64,000 bases of DNA from Dysgonomonas sp. (GTDB lineage Bacteria > Bacteroidota > Bacteroidia > Bacteroidales > Dysgonomonadaceae), in contig JBKECE010000237.1 in the NCBI GenBank assembly GCA_047974325.1, positions 2,323 through 66,322 of the forward strand, in the 5' to 3' direction. Within the stretch, counting starts at the first letter, position 1; every line of letters begins with the position of its first letter. The notes under the pieces were generated by a model. It did no database searches. It was not told the origin of the DNA and was given only the letters and a program-made list of their open reading frames with translations. This document shows, one piece after another, positions 10,801 through 20,007 of this stretch. Both the position numbers and the translations under genes were made by a program.

Positions 10801-11063
10801 TTCTGAGTTGGTATTCGGGGAACTATCGCATCTTGAATGAAGTGCAGATATTGCAACCCGATGGTTCTTTTGTCCGTCCCGACCGGGTGATGATAAATGA
10901 CAATGAAGTACTAGTCGTAGATTATAAATTTGGTGAATTGAAGAATAAAAAATATAAGAAACAGTTGAGTCACTACATGGAGCAGATAACTAAAATGGGA
11001 TACACCCACGTAAAAGGATACATCTGGTATGTGCGGTTAGGCAATGTAGAGGAAGTGTGTTAG
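7806..11063 (+). CDS. UvrD/Rep-type superfamily 1 helicase fused to a C-terminal PD-(D/E)XK nuclease (AddA-like)
   Basis: Walker A in VYRASAGSGKTHQLT, helicase motif II in MIDEFQDTS, and motif VI-like LLYVAFTRAKKEL. The C-terminal nuclease motif is RPDRVMINDNEVLVVDYKFG. Confidence 0.85.
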   Translation: MQKHGSSEKANLTVYRASAGSGKTHQLTGEFLRLLFSAPYAYRHILAVTFTNKATDEMKSRIVEELSNLASGRPSDYIEKLRSSRHNSEELIRETARTILIHILHDYSAFSISTIDRFFQQAMRAFARELGLGGGYNVELDTDKVLSEAIDSMLYDLEKKGNKQLLDWLIRFSEEKVESGETWNIKADIRSLSSEIFKESYKAFSDDVQEDIADKELMDDYKKMLLSYIRLYENQSRQIGEKGLNIMDRFNLKVDDFKGGARSPFGNFLKWAKGEIKEPTDTFLRLMGDVSVWYTKTTPADTKYKIEEAFSSGLNECVCDIISHYEDALNYQTAYEINRYFFTLGILGDVDRKIREYAVENNIMLISDTTELLNKITKETDTPFVYEKIGTYIDHYMIDEFQDTSNMQWTNFSPLIKDSLAAGKANLIVGDVKQSIYRWRNSDWNLLDEQLDIDFRNEGINHQTLDVNWRSLPNVVDFNNAVFSQGSSLLQALYNNDLPEDLVDNKLMSFRSKILKAYKGSYQQLPLKKMTETGRVEVSFIDRDEFPDWQQRSLEQLPVVIEQMQDKGYSLKDIAILVRTKKEGADVATTLLEYKDKHPGSKYKYDIISDEALFLNASKSIKLIISLLRYLQKPSDISFKTLAVYEYYKFTNQLNAEDALNLYFSVSQDFPVDISVQLAHIRELPLYEMVEEIFNLFRDAMEENENVYIQAFLDTILDFTVRHISDLDSFLQWWDESGVRKTIFTPDGQDAVRIMTIHKSKGLGFNVVLLPFCNWDLDHKLTTILWCHPKQEPFNKLHLVPVKYSQKLKKTIFEFEYFDERLHAFVDNLNVLYVAFTRAKKELIAFAPKPKERDDLLNTSTLLWHCINKSIGIEETEDKKTIDLSVYYDDENGVFELGRDYIPREKQTQKTLVEEIPAGTLVNIPFDERLKLRLKNRYYFSDNGQRDYGTMMHEILSRVESVSDIEAAVEVYCFDGMITSAEKQKILDELDSFLNNPQVLSWYSGNYRILNEVQILQPDGSFVRPDRVMINDNEVLVVDYKFGELKNKKYKKQLSHYMEQITKMGYTHVKGYIWYVRLGNVEEVC

Positions 11064-11079
11064 GGAAGCTAAATATTGC

Positions 11080-12189
11080 TTAATACTTGAATCCTAGTCT
11101 ACTCAGAATATCTATTTCATTCTGCTGTGCATTTTTTATTGTGTATGCCGGATATTCTCTTCTCAACGGATATTTTCCACGCAATAGGCTAAAATCTTGT
11201 GGATTATTTATAAGATTATTATTATCATCCACCAGATTGTATGTTTGCAGAATAGTATTATATATTCTATTGTCGGCATGAAAATTATTCAGATCTATAA
11301 TTTCATTATCAGGATTCGGTATCTTTATCAGACCGATAGGTTCTTTGGGTAGGTCATAGAAGTTGGCAATTGTCTCCAACGACATTCTTGAGGCGTTGGC
11401 TTTACCATCGGCTGAATAGCCAGCTATGTGAGGTGTTGCGAAATCTGCAAGCGTCATATATTCGAGGTCAATGTTCGGTTCTTTTTCCCAACAATCGACA
11501 ATTATTCCTGATATTTTATCCGTTTTCACCGCATCTTTTATGGCTTGAGTGTCCACAATACCACCTCTGGCTGAATTGATGATGATTGGTTTTCGATCAA
11601 GGGATGAGAAAAATGCGTCATTTGCCAGATGAAAAGTGCTGTCCACACCCTCTTTTGTCAAAGGAGTATGGAATGTGATGATATCGGCTTCCCTTTTTAT
11701 TGTTTCCAGATCGACAAAGATATTGCTTTTTTCGGCTCTTTGTCTTGGAGGATCATTCAATAGAACATTCATCCCGAGAACCTCACAGGCTTTTGCGACT
11801 TTTGATCCTACATTACCAACCCCAACGATTCCTATTGTTTTATCTTTGAGATTAAATCCTTTTTTATGTGCAATCTGTATCAATGCCGATACGATATATT
11901 GCTGCACTGATCCGGAGTTGCAGCCCGGAGCATTCGTCCATTTGATCCCGTTACTGTCACAATAATCGGTGTCTATATGATCATATCCGATGGTAGCTGA
12001 ACAAATGAGCTTTACGGCTGATCCTCCGAGTATTTCCTGACCGAAATGGGTGACTGTGCGGACAATTAGAACATCTGCATTTTTTATTGTTTCTGTCGAA
12101 AAATCACTACCGGAAAGATAAGTAGTCTCTCCATATTTTTCGATGATGCCTTTCAGAAAGGGTATGTTTTTGTCTACGACTATCTTCAT
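11080..12189 (-). CDS. pdxB: 4-phosphoerythronate dehydrogenase
   Basis: D-2-hydroxyacid dehydrogenase fold with the NAD-binding motif GIVGVGNVGSKVA and catalytic residues in SARGGIVD...TPHIAGYS. The N-terminus MKIVVDKNIPF and the extra C-terminal dimerisation domain are typical of PdxB. Confidence 0.85.
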   Translation of the reverse strand: MKIVVDKNIPFLKGIIEKYGETTYLSGSDFSTETIKNADVLIVRTVTHFGQEILGGSAVKLICSATIGYDHIDTDYCDSNGIKWTNAPGCNSGSVQQYIVSALIQIAHKKGFNLKDKTIGIVGVGNVGSKVAKACEVLGMNVLLNDPPRQRAEKSNIFVDLETIKREADIITFHTPLTKEGVDSTFHLANDAFFSSLDRKPIIINSARGGIVDTQAIKDAVKTDKISGIIVDCWEKEPNIDLEYMTLADFATPHIAGYSADGKANASRMSLETIANFYDLPKEPIGLIKIPNPDNEIIDLNNFHADNRIYNTILQTYNLVDDNNNLINNPQDFSLLRGKYPLRREYPAYTIKNAQQNEIDILSRLGFKY

Positions 12190-12881
12190 TGCTTTTTTCT
12201 TGTTAAGAGATGGAATGTATCCTCGATAGATTCGGTGTTTTTAGCCTTTTCATCATAAATTATTTTACCATTGTCTATGATTATATACCTGTTGCAGATA
12301 CTTGTCACTTCCTGCAAGATGTGTGATGAAAAGAATATGATTTTCTCCGAACCCAGATTTGCCAGCATATCACGGATCTCAACTTGCTGATTGGGATCTA
12401 ATCCGGTTGTAGGTTCATCCAGAATCAAAAAATCGGGATCATGGATCAATGCTTGGGCAAGTCCTACGCGTTGACGGTTACCTTTCGACAAAGTGCTTAT
12501 TTTTTTTCGGTATTCATTCTGCAATCCTGTGTTTTCTATTATTTTGCTAATCGCATCTTTCTTGTTCGAAACAGAATAGATGTCTGAAATATATTCAAGA
12601 TATTCGCGAACATACATATTGCCATACAAAGGATTGTCTTCGGGCAGATAGCCTATTCTCCGTTTGGCATTCATTGAGTCATTGATGATATCGTGCCCGA
12701 AAACAGAAACATTGCCGTTATCAGGATTGAGTGTTCCGGCCAATATTTTCATAGTGGTTGATTTTCCCGCGCCGTTTGAACCGAGAAATCCAACGATATC
12801 GCCTTTCGAAAGTTGAAACGACAATCCATCAACAGCGACCTTTTTTGAATAACTCTTCGATATGTTGTTTACATCTATCAT
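12186..12881 (-). CDS. ABC transporter ATP-binding protein (stand-alone NBD)
   Basis: Walker A GSNGAGKST, signature LSKGNRQRV, and Walker B FLILDEPTTGLD. Confidence 0.9.
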   Translation of the reverse strand: MIDVNNISKSYSKKVAVDGLSFQLSKGDIVGFLGSNGAGKSTTMKILAGTLNPDNGNVSVFGHDIINDSMNAKRRIGYLPEDNPLYGNMYVREYLEYISDIYSVSNKKDAISKIIENTGLQNEYRKKISTLSKGNRQRVGLAQALIHDPDFLILDEPTTGLDPNQQVEIRDMLANLGSEKIIFFSSHILQEVTSICNRYIIIDNGKIIYDEKAKNTESIEDTFHLLTRKKQ

Positions 12882-12898
12882 ATATGTAGATTGTTGTT

Positions 12899-14758
12899 TC
12901 AGAAGTTTTGCATATCACAGAGTTTACGGTAATATCCGTTCTGTGCATACAACTTGTCATGGTGACCTCTTTCTACAATTCGTCCTTCGTGCATAACGTA
13001 GATTTCGTCCGAATTTTTAATTGTTGATAAACGATGGGCAATGACAATGGTGGTTCTGTTTTCCATCAGTTTTTCCAATGCTTCTTGCACCAGTTTTTCT
13101 GATTCGGTGTCGAGAGCTGAAGTCGCTTCATCCAGAATGAGTATTTGTGGATTCTTCAGGATAGCACGAGCTATGCTGATGCGTTGTCGCTGTCCCCCCG
13201 ACAGTTTACCGCCTCGGTCGCCTATATTTGTTTCATAGCCTTTTTCTGAGGTCATGATGAAATCGTGCGCATTAGCCGTTTTAGCAGCAGCTATCACTTC
13301 GTCCATTGTTGCATTCTCAACGCCAAAGGTGATGTTATTATAGAATGTGTCGTTGAAAAGGATGGCTTCTTGATTCACATTGCCCATCAATGATCTCAAT
13401 TGGTGTGTGGTTGCATTCCGAATATCGATGCCATCAATTTGGATAGAACCCTTTGTGGCATCATAGAAACGAGGAAGGAGATCTACCAGAGTCGATTTTC
13501 CCGATCCAGATTGCCCGACGAGAGCAACTTTTTTGCCTTTTGCAATTGTCAGTTCAATGTCTTTCAGTACCCAATTAGTCTTGTCACGATATTCAAACCA
13601 TACGTTTTTGTATTCTATTTTGTCGTTGAAAGCGATATCTACGGGCGTTTCAGGTTCCAATAAGTTATTTTCGGCTAAGAGAATTTTATCTATTCGTTCC
13701 ATTGAGGCCAATCCCTTCTGAATGGCGTAAAGCGATTTTGAGAAATCTTTTGCCGGATTGATGATGCTATAGAATATGATGAGATAGAACATAAAACTAG
13801 GTGCAGTGATGGTTGCATCGTTTAACAAGATGAGGCTGCCGCCATATCCTATGACAAATGCCATGGTGAGCGTGCCCAAGAATTCACTCATTGGGTGAGC
13901 CAATTGCTGACGCGCAGCAATGCGGCTGTTCATTTTGCGCAGGGTCGTGCCTCCGTTATGAAATTTGTCAGATACCTTTTTTTCTGCGTTAAAAGCTTTT
14001 ATGATGCGTAATCCGCCCAGTGTTTCCTCGATCTGAGACATCAGTTCACCCCATTTTGCCTGAGCTGCGAGAGAAGATTTTTTTAGTGTTTTACCCACTC
14101 TACCCATCACAAATCCCGAAATAGGCAGCAATATCAGAACAAAAAGAGTGAGTTTCCAGCTGATAAACAGCATGGTTATGAAATAGACCAATATAAGAAT
14201 AGGGTTTTTGAAAATCATATCCAAGGAACTCATAATGGAGTTTTCGACTTCACCGACATCGCCCGTCATGCGCCCAATGATGTCGCCTTTGCGCTCTTCT
14301 GAGAAGAAAGATAGCGGCAATGACAGAATTTTATCATTGATCTGATTGCGTATATCTTGCACAATTCCGTAACGGATAGGAACCAGAAAATATGAACTCA
14401 GGTACGTGATCCCGGTTTTTATGAGTGTCATTACCACAAGTGCAAGAGCTACGAAAAAAAGGGTTTGCATGGTTCCATGCGTTTGAGTCATTTCGGCAGT
14501 ATACCAATAAAAATTATTTTTCAGGACTGACACCATTTCGCCTATTTTGTCAAAAAATGAAAGTCCGTCTAACTTATCCATTGATTGGTATACGTACACT
14601 TCATTGTCTATTTTGAATAAGATATTCAGTATAGGTATGATCAAAGCATAAGAAAACACGTTCATCAGAGCCGATAGGATGTTGAATACAAAACTGAGGA
14701 TGAGCGATATTTTATAGGGAGGAATAAAACGTCTTAGAATCTTGACAAAGTCTTTCAT
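12899..14758 (-). CDS. ABC exporter, fused permease/ATPase (MsbA-like)
   Basis: Six N-terminal TM helices. Then Walker A GQSGSGKST, signature LSGGQRQRISIARA, and Walker B ILILDEATSALD. Confidence 0.9.
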   Translation of the reverse strand: MKDFVKILRRFIPPYKISLILSFVFNILSALMNVFSYALIIPILNILFKIDNEVYVYQSMDKLDGLSFFDKIGEMVSVLKNNFYWYTAEMTQTHGTMQTLFFVALALVVMTLIKTGITYLSSYFLVPIRYGIVQDIRNQINDKILSLPLSFFSEERKGDIIGRMTGDVGEVENSIMSSLDMIFKNPILILVYFITMLFISWKLTLFVLILLPISGFVMGRVGKTLKKSSLAAQAKWGELMSQIEETLGGLRIIKAFNAEKKVSDKFHNGGTTLRKMNSRIAARQQLAHPMSEFLGTLTMAFVIGYGGSLILLNDATITAPSFMFYLIIFYSIINPAKDFSKSLYAIQKGLASMERIDKILLAENNLLEPETPVDIAFNDKIEYKNVWFEYRDKTNWVLKDIELTIAKGKKVALVGQSGSGKSTLVDLLPRFYDATKGSIQIDGIDIRNATTHQLRSLMGNVNQEAILFNDTFYNNITFGVENATMDEVIAAAKTANAHDFIMTSEKGYETNIGDRGGKLSGGQRQRISIARAILKNPQILILDEATSALDTESEKLVQEALEKLMENRTTIVIAHRLSTIKNSDEIYVMHEGRIVERGHHDKLYAQNGYYRKLCDMQNF

Positions 14759-14998
14759 TACAAAAAACAGTATAATATTAAATTTGCGAACTGTAAATCG
14801 GGCGCAATTTACGAATAATTTCTAAGTTGAGCCAGATAAAAAATTAGGCTGGTAGGGTTTTCATTCTTTGTTTCAGGTTAAAATGTTTTTCGAACAATCA
14901 AACTATGTTAATTTTTAATATAATTGAATTCTATTTTAAACCTTTGTGACCTGAAAAAGTCATAAAAGCCAGAATAGACAAGTAAGATAATAATCAAG

Positions 14999-17809
14999 AT
15001 GAAAAAAGGTATCCTTATCTCTTTGTTCGTATTATTTGCAATAAATGTTTTTGCACAGAACAAAGTTACTATTTCCGGAACAGTTCTGAGTGAAACGGAC
15101 AATGAGCCTGTGCCTCGTGCCAGCATTCGTGTCTTGACTGCAAAAGACAGCACTTATGTGCAAGGTGAGATTTCTAACAATAACGGGCAATTTTCCGTAT
15201 CAGTCAACAAAGGACGATACATTATTCAGATTTCCTTTCTGGGCTATTCTGATGTCTATCTGAATGTAAACGCGGTGAATCCAACAAATCCGATTGGCAA
15301 GGTTTTGCTGAAAGAAAATACAGTTCTTCTCAACGAAGCTGTGGTTATAGGAAAAGCTGTGGAAATGATTGTGCGTGAAGATACCGTGGAATATAATGCA
15401 GATTCTTATAAAACACTTCCCAGTGCCATGGTCGAAGATCTGATCAAAAAAATGCCGGGAGCAGAAATTGACGAGACCGGAAAAATCACGGTGAATGGCA
15501 AAGAAGTGAAAAAGATTCTGTTGGATGGAAAAGAATTCTTCAGTGACGACCCTAAAGTTGCATCAAAAAATCTGCCGGCATCAATGGTCAATAAAGTGCA
15601 GGTGTATGACAAAAAATCGGATATGTCTCAGATGACGGGTTTTGACGATGGAGATGAGGAAACCGTTATCAATTTGACAGTTAAGCCTGGTATGAAACAA
15701 GGTGTTTTCGGCAATGGATTTGCAGGTTATGGCAGCAACGACAGGTATGAAGCCAATGGTATGGTAAATTATATGCGCAACAGTAGCCAATTTTCGGTTT
15801 TGCTGGGTGCAAACAATACGAACAATGCCGGCTTTTCAGATTTTGCGTCTACGATGTTTAGCGGGAATCGCCCTTCAAGAGGTCTTAATTTTGGTGGGAA
15901 CAATGGTGTAACCACTGCGGCCAATGGTGGTTTCAACTTTGCATTAGAAACTTCTCCGAAGTTAAAATTGGGAGGAAATGTAAGGTATGGCAGTTCGGAT
16001 AATGATGTTCAGAGAGACAATTCTACAAAATATTTTAACTCGAATACGGATAGTATCCAATATGAAAATAAAAAGGAACTGGGACAAAACAAGAGTGACA
16101 ATCTTGGAGCCAGCCTTCGCCTCGAATGGCGTCCCGATTCAGCCACCACAGTTATATTTAAACCAAACTTTCAATATAACAAGAACGAAAATTCGCAGAG
16201 CAGCGATTTTGCCACAACTTGGAACGACGTGACCGATACGGTAAGTTTCGGACGATCCAGCTATTATGCTAAAGGATCAGGCACGAGTGTAAGCGGAGAT
16301 TTGGAAATCAGCCGGCAATTGAACAAGAAAGGCAGAGTGCTGAGTGTAAGATTGACCGGAGGTGTGAGCAATCAAAATAGCGATGGCAACAATTGGAATA
16401 AGACGAATTTCTTAGAGGCTGATTCTATTGGCATCACCGACCAGATTTTTAATCAAAAGAATAAAGGAAATAATATGGGCGGTTACATATCATATGTGGA
16501 ACCGATAGGCAACAGTAACTTTTTGCAGCTTAATTATAGTTTGAAGAGAACTTATTCGGAATCGGACAAAAAAACATTTACCCGTTTGGGTGAGTCAGGT
16601 GCATATGACATACAAGACTCTTCGGCAACCCGTTTCCTCGAAAATAATTTTATCAATCAGGAAATTGGACTTAATTTCAGAGCAGTGCGCAAGAAATATA
16701 ATTATACTTTGGGTTTTTCAGTTCAACCATCCAATTCACGCACAGAAGAAACTCGATTGGATACGGCGATAATAACAAAGAACAATGTGGTTAATTTTGC
16801 TCCTGTGGCGCAGTTCAACTATATGTGGAGTAAACAACGCAATTTGAGGATTGATTATAATGGAACGGTGAACCAACCGTCTACAACGCAACTATCCAGT
16901 GCCCGCGATGAGTCTAACCCGATGAATATAGTATATGGTAATCCTGATCTGAAACCTTCTTTTGAAAACAGATTACGTATACGTTATCGGGATTTTAATT
17001 CGGCACAGGCCAGTACGTTGATGGTGATGGGTAATTTCAGTTACGTGAACAATGATATTGTCTCCATCACACAGCGCGATATAACTTCCGGAAAAAGAGA
17101 AACCACTTACACGAATGTGAATGGAAACTGGAATGGAAATGCACGTCTAATCTATAATACACCGCTCAATTTTAATAAAAAGTTTTCTATAAGCACAATG
17201 ACTTATGGCAGTTATTCAGAAACTAATGGCTATGTAAACGAAGATGAAAATAAGTTGAAGAGCTTGTCTCTTTCCGAGAGAGCCGGAGTGGACTATCGTT
17301 CCAGTTTATTCGATTTGGGTTTGAAAGGTAATCTGAGCTATTCATCTTCAAGCAATTCCCTGTCGGGGCAAGAAAATTACAGGTTTTATAATTACGGAGG
17401 ATCAGCAAATACAGCAATTTACCTTCCTGTTAATCTGACCATAGAATCTGATATTACTTATTCAACAAATTCCGGCTATTCGGAAGGATATAAGCAAGAT
17501 GAGCTGATGTGGAATGCTTCTATATCGAAACAATTGCTAAAAGCGAAGAATCTGACCGTAAGATTGAAATTCTATGATATTCTTAAGCAGAGAAGCAATA
17601 TATCACAGACTGTTACCAACTATTATCTGCAACAGAGTATAACAAGTGGTATCGAAAGCTATTTCATGTTTCATCTGGTTTACAAGTTCCAAGCATTTAA
17701 GGGTGGAGCAAAAGCCAGCGACATGGAAATGCCTCGTGGACCGAGAGGTGAAGGACCTCCTCCCGGAGGTGGTGGTCCCGGTGGACCTGGCGGCGGCCCG
17801 GGAATATAA
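14999..17809 (+). CDS. Outer-membrane beta-barrel / TonB-dependent-receptor-like protein with N-terminal carboxypeptidase-regulatory-like domain and Gly/Pro-rich C-terminal tail
   Basis: Signal peptide, then a CarboxypepD_reg-like segment (ISGTVLSETDNEPVPRASIRVL...ISFLGYSD), then a plug-like segment and a long region of alternating beta strands ending in the aromatic strand LVYKFQAF. A further 36-aa tail follows: ...PRGPRGEGPPPGGGGPGGPGGGPGI. Confidence 0.85.
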   Translation: MKKGILISLFVLFAINVFAQNKVTISGTVLSETDNEPVPRASIRVLTAKDSTYVQGEISNNNGQFSVSVNKGRYIIQISFLGYSDVYLNVNAVNPTNPIGKVLLKENTVLLNEAVVIGKAVEMIVREDTVEYNADSYKTLPSAMVEDLIKKMPGAEIDETGKITVNGKEVKKILLDGKEFFSDDPKVASKNLPASMVNKVQVYDKKSDMSQMTGFDDGDEETVINLTVKPGMKQGVFGNGFAGYGSNDRYEANGMVNYMRNSSQFSVLLGANNTNNAGFSDFASTMFSGNRPSRGLNFGGNNGVTTAANGGFNFALETSPKLKLGGNVRYGSSDNDVQRDNSTKYFNSNTDSIQYENKKELGQNKSDNLGASLRLEWRPDSATTVIFKPNFQYNKNENSQSSDFATTWNDVTDTVSFGRSSYYAKGSGTSVSGDLEISRQLNKKGRVLSVRLTGGVSNQNSDGNNWNKTNFLEADSIGITDQIFNQKNKGNNMGGYISYVEPIGNSNFLQLNYSLKRTYSESDKKTFTRLGESGAYDIQDSSATRFLENNFINQEIGLNFRAVRKKYNYTLGFSVQPSNSRTEETRLDTAIITKNNVVNFAPVAQFNYMWSKQRNLRIDYNGTVNQPSTTQLSSARDESNPMNIVYGNPDLKPSFENRLRIRYRDFNSAQASTLMVMGNFSYVNNDIVSITQRDITSGKRETTYTNVNGNWNGNARLIYNTPLNFNKKFSISTMTYGSYSETNGYVNEDENKLKSLSLSERAGVDYRSSLFDLGLKGNLSYSSSSNSLSGQENYRFYNYGGSANTAIYLPVNLTIESDITYSTNSGYSEGYKQDELMWNASISKQLLKAKNLTVRLKFYDILKQRSNISQTVTNYYLQQSITSGIESYFMFHLVYKFQAFKGGAKASDMEMPRGPRGEGPPPGGGGPGGPGGGPGI

Positions 17810-17819
17810 AAAGAATATA

Positions 17820-17855
17820 AACTCCAAGGTGATTGATTCATGTTGGAGTTTTTTA
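17820..17855 (+). terminator. Candidate rho-independent terminator
   Basis: 8-bp stem aactccaa / ttggagtt with a 15-nt loop, followed by TTTT. Confidence 0.5.
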
Positions 17856-17993
17856 TGTAGAAAAAATCTTTGTCAGGACATACGTTGCAGAGCGATTTTT
17901 TTGATTCACAATAATTTTGCAACAATTTTTTAAAGGTGCTCTGAAAAATCAATGGAATAATTGTCGTAACTTCGCAGCCTCAAATTTTTAGGT

Positions 17994-19793
17994 ATGCAAG
18001 ATATTAGGAATATTGCGATTATCGCACACGTCGATCACGGAAAAACCACTACTGTAGATAAACTGCTCTTAGCAGGACAACTTTTCAGAGACAATCAGGT
18101 TGCAGGTGAATTAATTCTGGACAATAATGATCTGGAACGCGAAAGAGGAATTACGATTCTCTCAAAGAACGTTTCGATAAATTATAAAGGAACAAAAATC
18201 AATATCATCGATACTCCCGGACATGCCGACTTTGGTGGCGAAGTGGAGCGTGTTTTAAACATGGCTGACGGCTGCTTGCTGTTGGTAGATGCTTTTGAAG
18301 GGCCTATGCCTCAAACTCGTTTTGTGTTGCAGAAGGCTATTGAGATAGGTTTGAAACCTATTGTAGTCATTAATAAGGTAGACAAGCCAAACTGTCGCCC
18401 CGATGAGGTGCACGAAATGGTGTTTGACCTCATGTTCAGTCTCGATGCAACAGAAGAACAACTCGATTTTCCAACCATTTACGGTTCGGCAAAGCAAGGC
18501 TGGATGTCAGACGACTGGCACACTCCGACTACTGATTTTACGGCTTTGTTAGATGCTATTGTCAAATACATTCCTGCACCAAAGATTTTGGAAGGGAGTC
18601 CTCAGATGTTGATTACATCGCTCGATTATTCTAAATATGTTGGTCGTATTGCCGTCGGTCGTGTACACAGAGGTAATTTGGTCGAAAATATGGATGTTTC
18701 GTTGTGCAAACGTGATGGGTCAATCGTGAAAGCGAAGATCAAGGAACTTAATGTATTTGAAGGTCTTGGCCGTGCCAAAGTGAGTACAGTCCAATGTGGC
18801 GATATTTGTGCATTGGTAGGCATCGAAGGTTTTGAAATTGGAGATTCCATAGCTGATATTAACAATCCGGAACCGTTGGATCCGATTGATATAGACGAAC
18901 CAACTATGTCTATGATGTTCACGATCAACAATTCTCCGTTCTTCGGAAAAGAAGGTAAATATGTGACATCGCGTCACATTCATGACCGTTTGCTTCGTGA
19001 ATTAGATAAAAATTTAGCCTTGCGTGTCGAAACTACAGATAATGCCGATTCGTGGATTGTCTTTGGTCGTGGTGTGCTCCACTTATCGGTGCTCATCGAA
19101 ACGATGCGTCGCGAAGGTTATGAACTTCAGGTAGGACAACCCAAAGTGATTATAAAAGAAATTGACGGTGTGAAGCACGAACCGGTGGAATTGCTCACTG
19201 TGAATCTTCCCGAAGAATATGCGAGTAAAATAATTGATCTCGTTACCCGTCGTAAAGGAGAGTTGACGATGATGGAAACGAAAAATGAACGTGTCTTCCT
19301 TGAATTTACTATACCTTCACGCGGAATAATTGGTATCAACAATATAGCGCTTACGCTGTCGGCAGGTGAAGCTGTGATCGCACATCGTTTTCTCGAATTT
19401 CAACCTTGGAAAGGCGATATAGACAAACGTCAGAACGGTTCTATCATTGCCAGTGAATCGGGAAATGCTTTTGCCTATGCACTGGATAAACTGCAAGACA
19501 GAGGCCGTTTCTTTATCGAGCCTCAGACCGATATCTATATGGGACAGATTGTCGGAGAACACTCAAAAGAGGGTGATCTGGTGGTGAATGTGACCAAATC
19601 AAAGAAACTGACCAATGTACGTGCATCCGGCACAGACGATAAGGCTAGTCTTCCTCCTGCAATTATTTTCAGCCTTGAAGAAGCGTTGGAATACATCAAA
19701 GAAGATGAATATGTAGAGGTGACTCCTGCCGCAATCAGATTGCGTAAAATATACCTTGACGAGAATGATAGAAAACGGATGGTCAAAAAGTAA
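17994..19793 (+). CDS. typA: Translational GTPase TypA/BipA
   Basis: [36 protein letters not shown] and NKVDK are the G motifs. The ~599 aa length and EF-G-like domains are typical of BipA. Confidence 0.97.
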   Translation: MQDIRNIAIIAHVDHGKTTTVDKLLLAGQLFRDNQVAGELILDNNDLERERGITILSKNVSINYKGTKINIIDTPGHADFGGEVERVLNMADGCLLLVDAFEGPMPQTRFVLQKAIEIGLKPIVVINKVDKPNCRPDEVHEMVFDLMFSLDATEEQLDFPTIYGSAKQGWMSDDWHTPTTDFTALLDAIVKYIPAPKILEGSPQMLITSLDYSKYVGRIAVGRVHRGNLVENMDVSLCKRDGSIVKAKIKELNVFEGLGRAKVSTVQCGDICALVGIEGFEIGDSIADINNPEPLDPIDIDEPTMSMMFTINNSPFFGKEGKYVTSRHIHDRLLRELDKNLALRVETTDNADSWIVFGRGVLHLSVLIETMRREGYELQVGQPKVIIKEIDGVKHEPVELLTVNLPEEYASKIIDLVTRRKGELTMMETKNERVFLEFTIPSRGIIGINNIALTLSAGEAVIAHRFLEFQPWKGDIDKRQNGSIIASESGNAFAYALDKLQDRGRFFIEPQTDIYMGQIVGEHSKEGDLVVNVTKSKKLTNVRASGTDDKASLPPAIIFSLEEALEYIKEDEYVEVTPAAIRLRKIYLDENDRKRMVKK

Positions 19794-19880
19794 AAAATGA
19801 TGTATATTTGTTCTTTGTAAATAATTTTATTTTACAATAAAGACCGTTCTTTTACAGTTCCGGACAAGTTATCATATATT

Positions 19881-19915
19881 CAGTGCTCGCCGTTGGCGGG
19901 CACTGTACGATTTTT
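19881..19915 (+). terminator. Candidate rho-independent terminator after typA
   Basis: GC-rich stem cagtgctcgcc / ggcgggcactg (one G-U pair) with loop gtt(g), followed by tacgaTTTTT. Confidence 0.5.
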
Positions 19916-20007
19916 GCTATTTGACTGTAAAAAAAAGAGATATAGAAAATGCACATCGTTGTGTCGATGGAAATATAAAATCACTAACTAATCATTCTAA
20001 TCTAATC

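Noticed and set aside
14759-14998. Riboswitch or leader RNA upstream of the TonB-dependent-like barrel (and upstream of gcvH, purE and dxs)
   Set aside because: No conserved riboswitch cores (cobalamin, TPP, glycine or purine type) were recognisable by eye. Only weak AT-rich hairpins were seen. A covariance-model scan (Rfam/Infernal) would be needed to be sure.
17680-17952. 90-aa minus-strand ORF with a PGPPPGPPGPPPPGGGP run
   Set aside because: It is the antisense shadow of the GC-rich Gly/Pro tail of the 14999..17809 gene. It has no independent coding features.
19921-20007. TTG-initiated N-terminal extension of the acetylesterase ORF. The same issue applies to 53132..53200 (tcdA), 2632..2742 (S8 protease) and 42615..42650 (SusD)
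   Set aside because: The extensions are not signal-like or conserved-looking. Each is followed by an ATG that starts a canonical signal peptide, lipobox or conserved N-terminus. For tcdA a -7 promoter box lies inside the extension.
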